Notes: generated by a model not told the origin, from the letters alone. A stretch of 64,000 nucleotides of DNA from Octopus bimaculoides (GCF_001194135.2 NC_069001.1:19952552-20016551), one strand, 5' to 3'. Counted from the stretch's first letter, positions 37,681 through 50,404 are shown. Program-made: numbers and translations.

Positions 37681-38473
37681 ATGTGTGTATATGTATGTGT
37701 GTGTGTGTGTGGTGTAATTGTATAAAAGAGCATGTTTGTGTGTAGATATGCAAGTATACCTCAGCGTATATATTTGTGTTTGTAAAATATGTATGTGCAT
37801 ATACACTTGCTAACCTGCATCTGTGAGGGTGGATGATAATTGAAGAGCCCACTAAAATAGTAAACTATATAGATATAATGTTTATTTCTCTGTTATCTGA
37901 TAGTCATGGCTACAAATCTCTATTTAGAGGCACTGTGACAATACATGCACACTTCTTTCTTTATGGTAAAAAAATTCTTCCTCACTAGAATGTTTAAAGC
38001 TAATTCCTTAATATAACACATTGCAATAGTTGATCAAATATAAATAGTAAGAACTAGTAATGTGAGTTATGAAACTTCTGAAGATTCAACAATGCATTGA
38101 AATTATAAAATTTTCTTTATATAGCTGATGTTTGTTCATTGTTAATGAAATGTGCATAAGATGATGTAAGTGAATGTTATATAAACAAACTCTCTTATTT
38201 GTTTTACTCTTTGTATTTACTTAATGGCCTAAGCAAATGTAAATTCCACCCAGATGAAACTCAGCCTTATAATACCAGTCATTCTCACATTTCTTTTTGG
38301 ATATCCAACATAATGCACTGATTATTTGTTGTCCAATTATTATCTAAATTGCTCTCTATAATTATGCATACAAGCATAAATATATATGTACACATGTATA
38401 TATACACACACACACACACACAGATATATATTGTCATTGACATTAACTCATATCCAAGTAGTTCATCTGCAGT

Positions 38474-38542
<69 letters not shown>

Positions 38543-38554
38543 ATGCATGCACAC

Positions 38555-38850
38555 ACAGGTGGATGATTTAGTGGTTAAGGTGTTGCACTCACAATTGCAA
38601 ATTTATGGTTTCAATTTCCAGACCGAGTGCTACATTGTGTTCTTGAGCAAAACAATTCATTTCATGTTGCTCTGTGACCATTTTGTCATCTGACATGTGG
38701 CATGTTGTGCACCTGTACAGGTGATGTTGATTTGATGGAGGGAGTGAGCTTATGTGAACATAAACATTTGATCACTATAAACAAATCACTGGGTGTAGTT
38801 GTTCAGCAAGAAATTGCAGAACATTCATATGTTGTCTAATGATGGGTCCA
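38555..38850 (+). mobile_element. Decayed tRNA-derived SINE
   Basis: tttagtggttaaggtgttgcactc..ggtttcaatttcc head; gttcttgagcaaaac core. Confidence 0.55.
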
Positions 38851-38857
38851 TGATACA

Positions 38858-39712
38858 CACAGGGTGTTTGTGCTAAATTTGACCATTTTCATGTATCCTT
38901 TTTGCAGGAACAGTTTGATGTATTGGTGAGCAGTCAACAGCATTGGAGAGCATAAAAATTAAGTTGTAGGTGAGAAAAAGTTAGATGACATGGAAGACTG
39001 GAAACCTTCTGAATATTGGAAAAGAGTTACTTGTATCACAGTGATTCATACCAGGTGTCAAAATAGCGACATCATGACTGCTGTTCAATGCTCTGTGAAC
39101 AATGTAACGACTATCATACATGATGTGGTCAGCAGGAAGGGAGATAGCAGGTGTTCTGACTGCATCCAAATGCCAGAATTCATTCAACAACAGCAGAAAC
39201 CGAACCTTAAACTCAATTCAGGTGGCTATTTGAAGCTGATGAAGACTGGTCCAAACCTGACTGGAGATGGTTGCTGCTGGATGGTCATATGCATGACAGC
39301 AAGACCTGGCTCCTTGTTATTCCTCCAGAAATGTTGTTGAAGAATTTCTGTAACTTCCCCAGCCCTAATTTCTGGCCTCGTAAATTCCCCTGATTGTAAT
39401 CCCATGGGTTAATGGATTACTATGTGTGGGGTTGGTTGAGAGACACACCAACTACTCAATGTGCACCACCAAGGCAGGGCTGTGGCCAAAATCAAGGAGG
39501 TGTTCAAAGAACTTCCTAAGGGCACAGTGAGGAATGCATGTGCCTTTTTCTGGAGCTGTCTTGAGGCCATGGTAGAAGCTGATGGCAGCTATAATTCAGC
39601 CGTATCTAATTGATATTTTTTGATTTTTTTAAACACCTTTACTTTTGGATAGGATATTGTGTTTTTTCCCCCTTTTATGCAAACTATCAAATGTATCCTG
39701 AACTCCCCATAA
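38858..39712 (+). mobile_element. Decayed DD37D/maT-like DNA transposon
   Basis: Starts acagggtgt; MEDWKPSEYWKR; QQDLAP; NFWP..PDCNPM..DYYVW; CLEAMVEADGSY. Confidence 0.7.
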
Positions 39713-39844
39713 CAAAATACAGTGAATGGCCTTCTTACAGGTTCAAATGTGCATCAAGCATATTTGAACTGGTAGCAGGTTTGTACTGCTTAGTGCTGTC
39801 ACCCCGTGTGTGTGTTTGTTTGTTTGTGTGTGTGTGTGTGTGTG

Positions 39845-40340
39845 TGTAGGAGCAGGCGTGGCTGTGCGGTACAAAGCTTGCTCCCCAACCACATGGCTCT
39901 GAGTTCAGTACCACTGTTTGGCACATTGGGCAAGTGTCTTCTACTATAGCCTCGGGCCGACCAAAGACTTGTGAGTCGATTTGGTAGATGAAAACCGAAA
40001 GAAGCCTGTTACATATATATATATGTATATATTTGTGTGTGTTGTTTGCCCCTGCCATCGCTTGACATCCGATGTTGGCGTGTTTACGTCCTCGTAACCT
40101 AGCGATTCGGCAAAAGAAACCGATAGAATAAATACTAGGCTTACAAAGAATAAGACTTGTGTGTGTCTTTGTGTCTGTACCTCCATCACCGCTTGACAAC
40201 CGGTGTTGGTGCGATTTGGCGGAAGAGACCGATAAGGCTAGACTTTTAAAATAAGTCTCTGGGGTCGATTTCTTCTACTAAAACCGTTCAAGGCGGTGCT
40301 CCAGCGTGGCTGTATTCAAATGACTGAAGCAAGTACAATG
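39845..40340 (+). mobile_element. SINE family 1 with partial internal duplication of the 3' body
   Basis: gtaggagcaggcgtggctgtgcgg head; cgcttgaca motif twice; ggcggtgctccagcgtggc..tgactgaagcaag tail. Confidence 0.85.
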
Positions 40341-40859
40341 ATACTCACACACAATTTTTTATATATATGTATATAAAATTTTGTTTGTAATATTAAATGT
40401 CTTCTCACTTATCTTTTAAGACTGAAAGGGAGAGAAAAAAAAAAGAATATCAAGTAATCTCCCTTGCATTGCTGTAAAATTTCAAATAATTGATTTGTTT
40501 TTCCTATTCTTACGTATTTAGTGTGAAACCTGTATATGCCCGAATCGCGCGCGCCAATGAGAGAGAGAGAGAGAGAGAAAGAATTTGTTTAGTCTGCATG
40601 TTTTTATATACAAATAAAGACAAGTGGTTTTTCTGCCATTTATGCGTCATAAAAGCTTTATTTCTTGAGTTGTTTGAATATGTTGGTGGCTGTGTGGTAA
40701 CAAGTTTGTTTCTCATCCTTTTGGTTCCCAGTGCGTGAAACTTTGGGCAGTGTCTTCTCCTATAGCCCCATGCCGACAAAAGTCTTGTAGATTTAGTAGA
40801 TGGAAACTGAAAGAAGCTCGTCGTGTGTGTTTGAGTCTGTGTTTTTGTGTTTGTCCTTC

Positions 40860-41220
40860 TCCACTTATATGGAATCCATCTATTTCATATCTCTCTAACC
40901 TCAACTTTCAATTTTCCCTGTCCATTGTAAGATGTATGTTTAAAGGACCACCCACCATCTGTTGTACCCAGTACATTTTATCTTTATCCTCCCTGCTGTA
41001 CTAAGGACTCTGTTCCTCTCTTCTCACAAATCCTGCCTCTTCCTCTGTCATTATTCTATCTCCTGGCTCATTTTGCTTTCTGTCTCTTGCTCACATTATC
41101 TTGATAGCACACATGCATATATGTCTCGGAATATTGAATACTCCTATCACCTATCCCTCTTTAGTCTTATGATCATCATTCATGCTACTATCTCTTTCTC
41201 TCTCTTCCTCTGTAAAGAGG
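40860..41220 (+). repeat. CT-rich tract, probably RTE family B 3' UTR
   Basis: Pyrimidine-rich; similar composition to 11700-12240. Confidence 0.45.
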
Positions 41221-41547
41221 TTGGTAAGCTATTGGTAATATGGAGTTAAGAGATCCCTTAAGCCATGTTGTGGACATGGCTATCTATATAGTGTGAAAAA
41301 ATTCACTCAGCAGACTGTAAGGTGTGCGGTTGGGGCAACCCTTTCGTTTTATTGAAGATAGAACACTTCCCTAACTGTGATGTGAAAAAACATCCAGTAC
41401 ACTTAATTTTAGTTGGTGTTAAAGCATCCATTTCAACAAACCTGAAACTCACGACCAATCTAGATGAGCATCATGCCCTGAATGCTGGGTCTGACTATGG
41501 TGATGACATAAATCCATACACACAACACATGCCTAGGCGTGTGTGTG

Positions 41548-42275
41548 TATGAGGTGCATTCAAAAAGTACCCGACCTTTGAGCATAGAAATAAGCAATCT
41601 TGTACATCTCACAAATTTTATTTGATCACTTTCATAAAACTCCCCTTGGGGGTTCCCCCAGCATTTCTGTCACTGCTGATAATACCTGGAATGTTATGGT
41701 GCTCTGCTATTGCTTTTCCATGATTTCCGCTCAGGACTTAAATTGTTTTCTTTTCAGTGTAGTTTTCAGTTTGGGAAAGAGCCAGAAGTCACATGGTGTC
41801 AAGTTGGGAGAGTTAGGGAGCCTGTTGATGTGTTGTTCTTGACCAGAAAAGCTTGAATTATGAGGTGCATTCAAAAGTATTCACTGACACTCTCCACATG
41901 CTCAAATCCACCGCTAAAATGGAGTGCACTGATCCTATGCTAATTTTCACCTTGTGAGTAATTTCCTGTATTGTCGCTTGACAGTCTTCTATGGCTATTC
42001 AGCAAACCTTCTCAGTTGGCTCCTCGTTTCGGCTTGTGGATGACCTTCCTGAGTATGCCTCGCTCTCCACTGAGATGTGGCCATGTTTCTAGGAGTTGTA
42101 CCACTCCTTGATCTGAGTTTTGTCCATGGCAACATCACCATAGGTCTGTTGAATCTTCTAGATGGTTTGAGCTTGAGCATCACCAAGCTTTTGGCAAAAT
42201 TTGATGCATTTGGTCATGTGACATTAGTTTTGGTTGGGAAAAAATATAATTGGATACTTTTCAATGCACCTGGTA
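41548..42275 (-). mobile_element. Composite mariner remnant with three TIR copies
   Basis: TA-tgaggtgcattcaaaa at 41548 and 41859; tttcaatgcacctgg-TA at 42275; transposase C-terminal and N-terminal remnants. Confidence 0.75.
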
Positions 42276-42324
42276 TACACATACATACACACACACACAC
42301 ACGTGTATGTATACATGTTTGTGC

Positions 42325-42622
42325 GTATATTCTTTTCTCTTCTTTTATTTGTTTCAGTCATTTGACTGCAGCCATGCTGGAGCACTGCCTTTAGTCGAAC
42401 AAATCGACCCCAGCACTTATTCTTTGTAAGCCTAGTACTTATTCTATCGGTCACTTTTGCCGAACCGCTAAGTTACGGGGACGTGAACACCCCAACATCG
42501 GTTGTCAAGCGATGGTGGGACACACACACACACATATATACACGACTGGCTTCTTTCAGTTTCCGCCTACCAAATCCACTCACAAGGCTTTGGTCGACCC
42601 AAGGCTATAATAGAAGACACAT
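42325..42622 (-). mobile_element. Young SINE family 1 copy running into a gap
   Basis: CpG-rich: gcagccatgctggagcactgcc..gccgaaccgctaagttacgggga..gctttggtcgacc. Confidence 0.85.
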
Positions 42623-43376
42623 NNNNNNNNNNNNNNNNNNNNNNNNNNNNNNNNNNNNNNNNNNNNNNNNNNNNNNNNNNNNNNNNNNNNNNNNNNNNNN
42701 NNNNNNNNNNNNNNNNNNNNNNNNNNNNNNNNNNNNNNNNNNNNNNNNNNNNNNNNNNNNNNNNNNNNNNNNNNNNNNNNNNNNNNNNNNNNNNNNNNNN
42801 NNNNNNNNNNNNNNNNNNNNNNNNNNNNNNNNNNNNNNNNNNNNNNNNNNNNNNNNNNNNNNNNNNNNNNNNNNNNNNNNNNNNNNNNNNNNNNNNNNNN
42901 NNNNNNNNNNNNNNNNNNNNNNNNNNNNNNNNNNNNNNNNNNNNNNNNNNNNNNNNNNNNNNNNNNCAAGTACCCTGTTGCCTAATAGAAAAAATATTCT
43001 TTTCTTCACTCCCAGGGTTGCATGAGAACTTTTCACCGTGACTCCAAACTATAACTATGTTTTCCTTTGCTATTTGTGCTCTTGTTTTATTGTTGATTCT
43101 CATGTTACTGTTAAGCTCCCTGTGTTGTTTAGATTTCTGCTGCTGTGTTTCGTGGGTCTGTTTTCATTGTTATATTTGTTTTGTGAATTATTCTATTGAG
43201 AGGTTTTGTAATATATATAATATTGATATTTAACTTGGGCAGAGACTGAATTTGAGAGGATGGTAATTATTTGCTTAAAGCAAATGAAACCCCAATTATT
43301 TGACTCCTACTTATTTTCTCAACCATAGAGGGATGAAAAGCAAAATCAACCTTGTTGGAATTCAAACTCAGACTTG

Positions 43377-43765
43377 TAGGCACAGACTTGGCTGTGTGGT
43401 AAGAAGCTTACATCCCAATCACATAGTTCCAGGTTCAGTCCCACTGTGTGGCACCTTGGGCAAGTGTCTTCAACTATAGACTCGGGCCGACCAAAGCCTT
43501 ATGAGAGGATTTGGTTATTGGAAACTGTAAGAAGCCTATTGTATATATTTGTCTGTGTGTGACTTTGTATCTGTGCGTGTTCTGCACACCACCACTGGAC
43601 AACCAGTGTTGGTATGTTTATGTCTGTAATTTAGCAGTTCAACGAAAGAGATTGATAGAATAAATATTGGGGTTCATTTGTTCAACTAAAATCTCTATAA
43701 GGCAGTGCCTCAGCCTGGCTGCAGTCTCATAACTGAGACATGCAAAAAGATAAAAAGAGATAAGG
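43377..43765 (+). mobile_element. SINE family 1, full length, older
   Basis: tggctgtgtggtaagaag..ggttcagtccc..ccttgggcaagtgtctt..ctgagacatgcaaaaagataaaaaga. Confidence 0.85.
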
Positions 43766-43867
43766 TACTGTGACTAAATAAAGCTTGATATTTAATCCCA
43801 CATTATATCCATTCTGTCAATATACTGTCCTTATGTTTGCATTATTCTACTGCTTTATGTTTTATTC

Positions 43868-44248
43868 GGAGGCGCAATGGCCCAGTGGTTAGGGCAGCGG
43901 ATTCGCGGTCATAGGATCGCGGTTTCGATTCCCAGACCGGGTGTTGTGAGTGTTTATTGAGTGAAAACACCTAAAGCTCCACGAGGCTCCGGCAGGGGAT
44001 GGTGGCGAACCCTGCTGTACTCTTTCACCACAACTTTCTCTCACTCTTACTTCCTGTTTCTGTTGTGCCTGTAATTCAAAGGGTCAGCCTTGTCACACTG
44101 TGTCACGCTGAATATCCCCGAGAACTATGTTAAGGGTACACGTGTCTGTGGAATGTTCAGCCACTTGCACGTTAATTTCATGAGCAAGCTGTTCCGTTGA
44201 TCGGATCAACTGGAACCCTCGACGTCGTAAGCGACCGAGTGCCAACAA
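43868..44248 (+). mobile_element. Young full-length tRNA-derived SINE (octopus OR/OK-like) with 11-bp TSD
   Basis: A box tggcccagtgg, B box ggtttcgattcc; TSD atgttttattc at 43857-43867 and 44249-44259. Confidence 0.9.
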
Positions 44249-44336
44249 ATGTTTTATTCATATTCATTGTGCCAAACTTTATACATACTGTCTCTTCTTT
44301 CATCCTCCGCATACGTATTTCAGTTATGAGGCCTTA

Positions 44337-44544
44337 ATTTAAACTGGCTGTATCACGCCCAAGAATTAGATGTTAAAACCAGCTGAATATGGCCTCTCAC
44401 ACCTACCCTACAATGTCAGTCTAAAAGTAGGCAATCACATCATTGAAATCCCAAAGCTATGAGATAATGCATGATTAGTTCAAAACAATATGAATAAATA
44501 AGCATTACATTTGACAATGTAATTTTGAATGCTGAAAGGTTTAA
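44337..44544 (-). mobile_element. piggyBac-type MITE copy
   Basis: ggcctctcacacctaccctacaatgtc ... gaatgctgaaaggtttaa. Confidence 0.7.
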
Positions 44545-44819
44545 TAAATTTTTAATTCCTTACAAAAAAAAAGAACATAAGTTCTCAGTGATTCATCTTC
44601 GTTTCTTTGTCATTTCAGAGTAATTTCTTTAAGTATTATATTTTTTATCCCATATAAATTCTTAAAATAAGTACCATACCATCCAGTGTGGTATAAATTC
44701 AATCAACAAATTATAGCAGTTTCTTAAAATGTTGGTATAGTTAGAATAAATTATTTGTAAATCAAGGGACTTTTTTCCTGACTTTTGCAGTATTTTTGTG
44801 TTTTTAATATAGAACTGTT

Positions 44820-45230
44820 AAGTGTAACTATGTTTCCATCCATCCACCTTCTCCATCCATTATTTCTAGTAGAGTTGTGGTGGGGTAGAGTCCTCAGGCA
44901 CCTCCTCCATAGGGCACTATCAGAAGCAACTGTCATTAGACTTTCTGGCTAGATTCCCAAGTCATCAACTAAGACTATAGACATTGTCCAAACCATCTCA
45001 CTCTTGGTCTAACCCTAGGTGTTGTGCTGGTTGGTTCAATTTGAAGGATCTTTCTTTTGATTCTTTCCTGTGACATACTAATCATGTGTCCACAGTACAG
45101 GAGTTGTGACCTCTCAGTTTAAAGTAGTGGCTCAACCTGGAGAGATTCCTTGATTTCTAAGTCACACAACCTGTCATGTAACATCAGTCCAGAGATCCTT
45201 CGAAACAACCCCATTTTGGCCTTTGTATTT
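44820..45230 (-). mobile_element. Decayed RTE-like LINE C-terminal fragment
   Basis: MGLFRRISGLMLHDRLCDLEIKESLQVEPLL ... PRVRPRVRW. Confidence 0.7.
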
Positions 45231-45417
45231 ACATTTTCCTTAAATTTTAATTGAAGTTTAAAACTTTGTATTGAAACTTGGTTAAAATAAGAGATTAAAA
45301 ATATCACTCTGGTACTGTTATCAACTTTATACTTTGCTTCCACCTCGGCATTGTTATATTCAGTAGAATTTTATCTGATTAATTTTATTATTCTTTTTCC
45401 TTCCACATTACTTTTAG

Positions 45418-45474
45418 AGAGAGGTGTTGGGTGAGAAGAAAATGCCTAAATGTATAACAAATGCAATAGCTGAA
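45418..45474 (+). CDS. Candidate exon: 57 nt (REVLGEKKMPKCITNAIAE) or 13-nt microexon ending at 45430
   Basis: Strong acceptor ttctttttccttccacattacttttag|; donors tgg|gtgaga (45430) and gaa|gtaagc (45474). Confidence 0.3.
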
Positions 45475-45776
45475 GTAAGCATGTACACCACTATTACTAA
45501 GCCAATGTGAGATATCAGTTCCCCCCACACATCCACACACAGTTAAGTGTCATTCAGTTCCATTCAATTTTTTCTCATGACAAGGCTTGATTGTGTTAGG
45601 TGAGGGCAGTTTTATTAGAAGATATAGTTTTATGACTGTACTCTTCACCTGCCATGCTACAACTTTCCCTGACAATAGGAAAGGAAGTAGTCATTGTGTA
45701 ATTAATAATAGCAAAAGAGAGGGAAGAAAACAGTGGTAAAACTCTCCACATTTCTTTCATTACCTTCCTTATTTAG

Positions 45777-45844
45777 AATTAATGATTTTGTAAATCATTT
45801 TAAATATATCCACGAATTCACCTCTTGGTTTCTTGTCTTCATAC
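45777..45844 (+). CDS. Candidate 68-nt exon (INDFVNHFKYIHEFTSWFLVFI, phase 2-1)
   Basis: Acceptor tttctttcattaccttccttatttag|, donor atac|gtaagt; protein-like open frame. Confidence 0.5.
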
Positions 45845-46292
45845 GTAAGTTCTTTTTGCCTTCTTTTCTGTCCACATTTTGTGTCTCTTTCACCATTTTA
45901 TTTTTACTTTTAAGCAAACTTTGTTCTGTGTGTTTTTCACCTATGAATTATTTACACAGTTTGTACATTATATTTGTGTATATGTGATTGAATGGCTTGC
46001 ACTCATATGTGTTAATTTAACTGTTAATTGTTCGCTACATTTGAAATACTTATAGTTTACCTGAGATTTTATGGAAAATTATTAGGTCCTTTAAATATTT
46101 TTATGCATAGATAATATTTAGTCTGAGATATATTTTAGCTTTAATGTTTTCTAAATATTCATCTTATGAGACAGTTAAATGGAATTAAGGGATTATTGTT
46201 AGGAATAAACCTAGTCTTTAGCAATGTGACAGGGCTGTTGCTGCTCCTGTCCACAGCTTCAGTGATTCTAGTAGCTCATTGCAGTAGTCGTA

Positions 46293-46572
46293 GTAATAAT
46301 AATAATAATTTCAAATTTTGGCACAGAGCCTGCAGGTTTTGAAGGGAGATGTAAACTGATTACCTCACCCCCAGTACTTGACTGGTACTTCTTTTGTCAA
46401 CCCTAAAAGGATGAATGGCAAAGTTGACTTTAGCAGAATTTTAACTCAGAATGTAAAAATGCGACTCAGCATTTTTGTCTGGTGTGTTAACAGCTTGCTG
46501 CCTAAAATAATAATAATAATAATAATAATAATGATAATAATGATAATAATAATAATAATGATAATAATGATG

Positions 46573-46616
<44 letters not shown>

Positions 46617-46795
46617 CCTTCCTACTATAGGCACAAGGCCTGAAATTTTATGGGTGGGGACTAGTCAACTACATCGACTCCAATGTTCAACTAGTACTTA
46701 TTTTATTGACTCTGAAAGGATGAAAGGCAAAGTCAACCTCAGTGGAATTTGAACTGAGAATGTGAAGATGGATGAAATGCTGCCAGCTCATCACC

Positions 46796-46837
<42 letters not shown>

Positions 46838-47040
46838 GAGATTTCTGACTTAGGCATAAGGCCAGTAAGTTGAGGAAGGGGCTTAGTCAATACCATCAAC
46901 TTCTGTACTTAACTGGTACTTTATTTAATGCACTCTGAAGAGATTAAAAGCAAAGGTAATCCTGTTTGAACTTGAACTCAGAATGTAAAAATGCTGGAAC
47001 AAATATTGCAAAGCATTTTTCTCATACAATTTTGCCAATA
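46293..47040 (-). mobile_element. Three tandem head-to-tail SINE family 3 copies with (ATT)n tails
   Basis: Core ggtactt..ggcaaagt..gaactcagaatgtaa at ~46380-46460, ~46690-46765 and ~46915-46990; (AAT)n at 46506-46616 and 46798-46836. Confidence 0.8.
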
Positions 47041-47463
47041 GGATATTAATCATTTCTTACATTGGTACAAGGCCAGGTATTTGAAAGGAATAATGACATT
47101 GACAGAACTGCAACTGAGTTTCAACTTCATTATAAAGTGACAAAATATTGTAAAGCATTCAGCCGGACATTTTACTGTAATAGTTATAACGGTAATGTGT
47201 ACTGAAGTCATTTCGTGGTACAAACACACACACACACACTATCTCTCTTACTCTCTGTTTCGTCTCTCACTCTCTTTCCTCCCCACTTGTTTCCACCACT
47301 CCTTTCTGTAGGCAAAATATATTCCTATTCATACCTCACTGCTGTCACACATTATTATAATGTAGTTTATCATATAACATTATAGGCCTTGCTATAAGTT
47401 ATCAAAAAAAACTAGCTATATCTTTGGGGGAATACTCATTTAGATGCTTGCTTACATTCACAG

Positions 47464-47481
47464 AATTTTCAGTTCTGGAAG
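47464..47481 (+). CDS. Candidate 18-nt microexon (QFSVLE, phase 1-1)
   Basis: cttacattcacag| and gaag|gtaaat; in phase with 45844 and 49135. Confidence 0.3.
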
Positions 47482-47911
47482 GTAAATATTAACTTCGAAG
47501 AGGAGACACATTTTACACACAAGCTTGCTATTTGTGGGAGAAACTTTGATATCTTAACAGTAACTTGAAGATTAATTTATAGTGTTAATAACAACCATCT
47601 TATTATTTTTTTGTAATTTTCTTATAGATTACTTTTTTTTTAATGTGAATGTGGTTACTACCTCGAGATTCCTCTTATGTGCCTTTTCTCCCAACAGTTT
47701 ATTTTCCCTGTTGTTTTATTAACCCCAATCCCCAAAAAGACACAGTGTCCTTGTAGATTTGGTCTGGTATAATCACACCTACTTCAATTATACTGATTCT
47801 GATTATAACTTTAATTACTCTCTCCCGTTTTATTGAAGTGCTAGTTTATATGTTGATATCCAAAGATTTAGTAACCCTTAGATATTTTACGAATGTAAAT
47901 TAAGGATAAAT

Positions 47912-48287
47912 GCATCATCATTATTTAGATATCTACTTTTCCATGTTGGCACGGATCAGACAAGATATGTTGAGGTATAATTTTCTACAGTTGTATGCTC
48001 TTCCTGATGCCAACCCTCACCTGTTTCCAAGCAAGGTAATATTTTCCCTTGTCTGGATATATTTCATAGAAGACTGCAAACATTTATGTCATGGTGAAGA
48101 TTGTTTTAAAGTTAAGAATGCAATGTCAAGTCAAGGACACAAACACACAAAGTAATATTTTTAAACTTGTCTGGACATGTTTCCATGGAAACTACAAACA
48201 TCACTTTTATGATGGTGAAATATTTACAATTAGTATGTAATGTCAAGTCACACATACTTTCTCTCTCACTCTCACACACACATACAT

Positions 48288-48344
<57 letters not shown>

Positions 48345-48475
48345 ACTTTTTCTGTTTTCAGTTTCAGTCTACCAAATTCACTCACAAGGCTTTGGTTGGC
48401 TTGGGGCTAGAGTAAAAGACACTTGCTCACATGGTTGTGAAAGTGAAATTTTTAACCATTCTGCCTTGCCTATGC
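47912..48475 (-). mobile_element. SINE family 1 head with RTE-like tail, near full length, internal (CA)n
   Basis: tttcagtctaccaaattcactcacaaggctttgg head side; catcatcatt..ttccatgttggcacggatcagac tail side. Confidence 0.75.
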
Positions 48476-48789
48476 CTATGAGGAACAAGGAACATAATTT
48501 ATGTTACAAGTCAGTGTTGATTATGGATTTCAGTTATAACAGATCAGCTCATGAAGAACTACAGTAAATGGTGAGACATATGTGCAGGCAGTGCAGCATG
48601 GTAAAACAGACATAAAATGATGTTGACGATAATCTCTGGCTAAAGAGATATTCAGATACTGATAACTATTTTGTAAAAAAATGTTTTTAAATTTTTAAAA
48701 GTTATCTTGCCTTCTTTGTGAAAAAAGCTTATGAATTGGTTGTAGAAGCAATGGGGCTGTGGTAATTTTCTTTTGATAAATAGATTTTC

Positions 48790-48990
48790 TTAACCCATTA
48801 GCATTTAAACTGTCATATCTGGCCAAAATATCCTAACTTTCTGTGTTCAAACTGATCAAATCCTTCTTTTCACATCTACCCTCGAAAGTCATTCTAAAAA
48901 TAAAGAATCACATCATTGAAATCTCAAAGCCACAAGATAATGTGTGATTAATTCAAATGAATGTGAATAAATAAGCATTACATTTGACAC
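48790..48990 (-). mobile_element. piggyBac-type MITE copy (one end truncated)
   Basis: ttaacccattagcatttaaac..aataagcattacatttgac. Confidence 0.7.
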
Positions 48991-49134
48991 CTAACAAGTT
49001 AAATATTCTTAGTTTCATGACAATTACATTGAAGTAATTATATTATTCCTGGATTATGTTGTGGTTATTTACAATTTTGTCCCTTGTTTTTCATATATTG
49101 CTTATTCAACAGTGTTTTTCTGTTGCTCTTACAG

Positions 49135-49169
49135 TGTATCCTCTATTATGTAAACATTTTCCCAAATGA
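49135..49169 (+). CDS. Candidate terminal coding exon (VYPLLCKHFPK*)
   Basis: Acceptor tttttctgttgctcttacag|; phase-1 frame ends at TGA 49167-49169; AT-rich UTR-like sequence follows. Confidence 0.3.
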
Positions 49170-49566
49170 ACATGAAACGTCAGCTTTATGCAGGAATTAA
49201 AATGAGAGGAATTTGTGATGTTCTTACTGGAACTTGGTGTGAACACAGTTGATGATGGATGGAACCATAGCACTTACAGTGTTTATGTGTACTTATGGCA
49301 GTATTAGTAGTGTACATGCATTCACAATGTATCGATTTTGATATAAAAACTATTTTTCTATATAATGAAAATATATATGTAGGATTTTATTTGTGCATGC
49401 AAGCTACACACAAATTAACTTTTAAAATAATCTACTCAACTTCCTGATTAAAATATGGTTTTCTCCTTTTCTGTCTATTATATATACTTTTTGTAAGTTC
49501 ATCAACACATGCTTTTAATATTAGAAACATGTGTAAGGATTTGCGTACTTTATAATAATGAAAAGG

Positions 49567-49770
49567 TCAACTCTTTAGCATTTAAACCGGCCATACCCAG
49601 TCAAAATATTCTCTCTGTTTTATGTTCAAACTGTTGATATCTGGTCTCTAACAGCTACCCTACAATGTCTTTGAAATCTGAAAGTTACATGATGATGCAA
49701 GATTAATTCAAAATAATGTGAATAAATAGGCATTAAATTTGACAGAGTATTCTGAATGCTAAAGGGTTAA
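49567..49770 (-). mobile_element. piggyBac-type MITE copy
   Basis: tcaactctttagcatttaaaccggcc ... ctgaatgctaaagggttaa. Confidence 0.8.
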
Positions 49771-50363
49771 AGAGGATAATTATCATGAGATGATGTCTGG
49801 TGCAACTTTCTATGATTTTAACATCTGTATTAGTTGTTCTCAGTTTAAGGATGAAGAGCACTGAAAACTACATATCACAGTAGTCAAGCAGTGACATTCC
49901 TGATACTTACGTATAAAAATTAAGATTTTTGTTTTCTCTTTGTAATATCAGTGACAAGGCTTGAAATGATCAGAAATTGATGGTGGTTTTATGTTCTTCC
50001 AGTCGTTCTTATTCGGTTTCATGGAATCGCCAGTCATTTATTTTTGTTAATTTCACACTGATTATAAGGTGGAGTATTGTTAATGTGTCATGACATGGAA
50101 GATTAGAATTTAGTCTATGATTTAGGTTAATTTCCCTGTTGCCTCTGTTACTATTATGTTTGGTAAAGTTTAAATCTCGAATCTCCATATACCTCTCTTC
50201 TTCATTAACCTTTTGATGATTCCTTCTGTTTAGAAAAGATCTAGCAGTTGCTTCAATTAATTACTTTGTGTGATTTTTACTATCTACATCAAAAAAACTT
50301 TCATTACACACACACACACACACACACACATAGTGAAATCTGTTTTGTATATATATATTTATG

Positions 50364-50404
<41 letters not shown>

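Noticed and set aside
38908-38925. 18-nt microexon-like signal (ttttgcag|GAACAGTTTGATGTATTG|gtgagc)
   Set aside because: It lies inside the 5' end of a DNA transposon and is not needed for the phase chain; treated as chance, though exonisation is not excluded.
43868-43945. tRNA-like sequence (also heads at 16590, 43377 and 62260)
   Set aside because: These are SINE heads continuing into multi-copy bodies with tails and TSDs; no complete cloverleaf.
46378-46752. Poly-Ile ORFs
   Set aside because: Translation of (AAT)n SINE tails.
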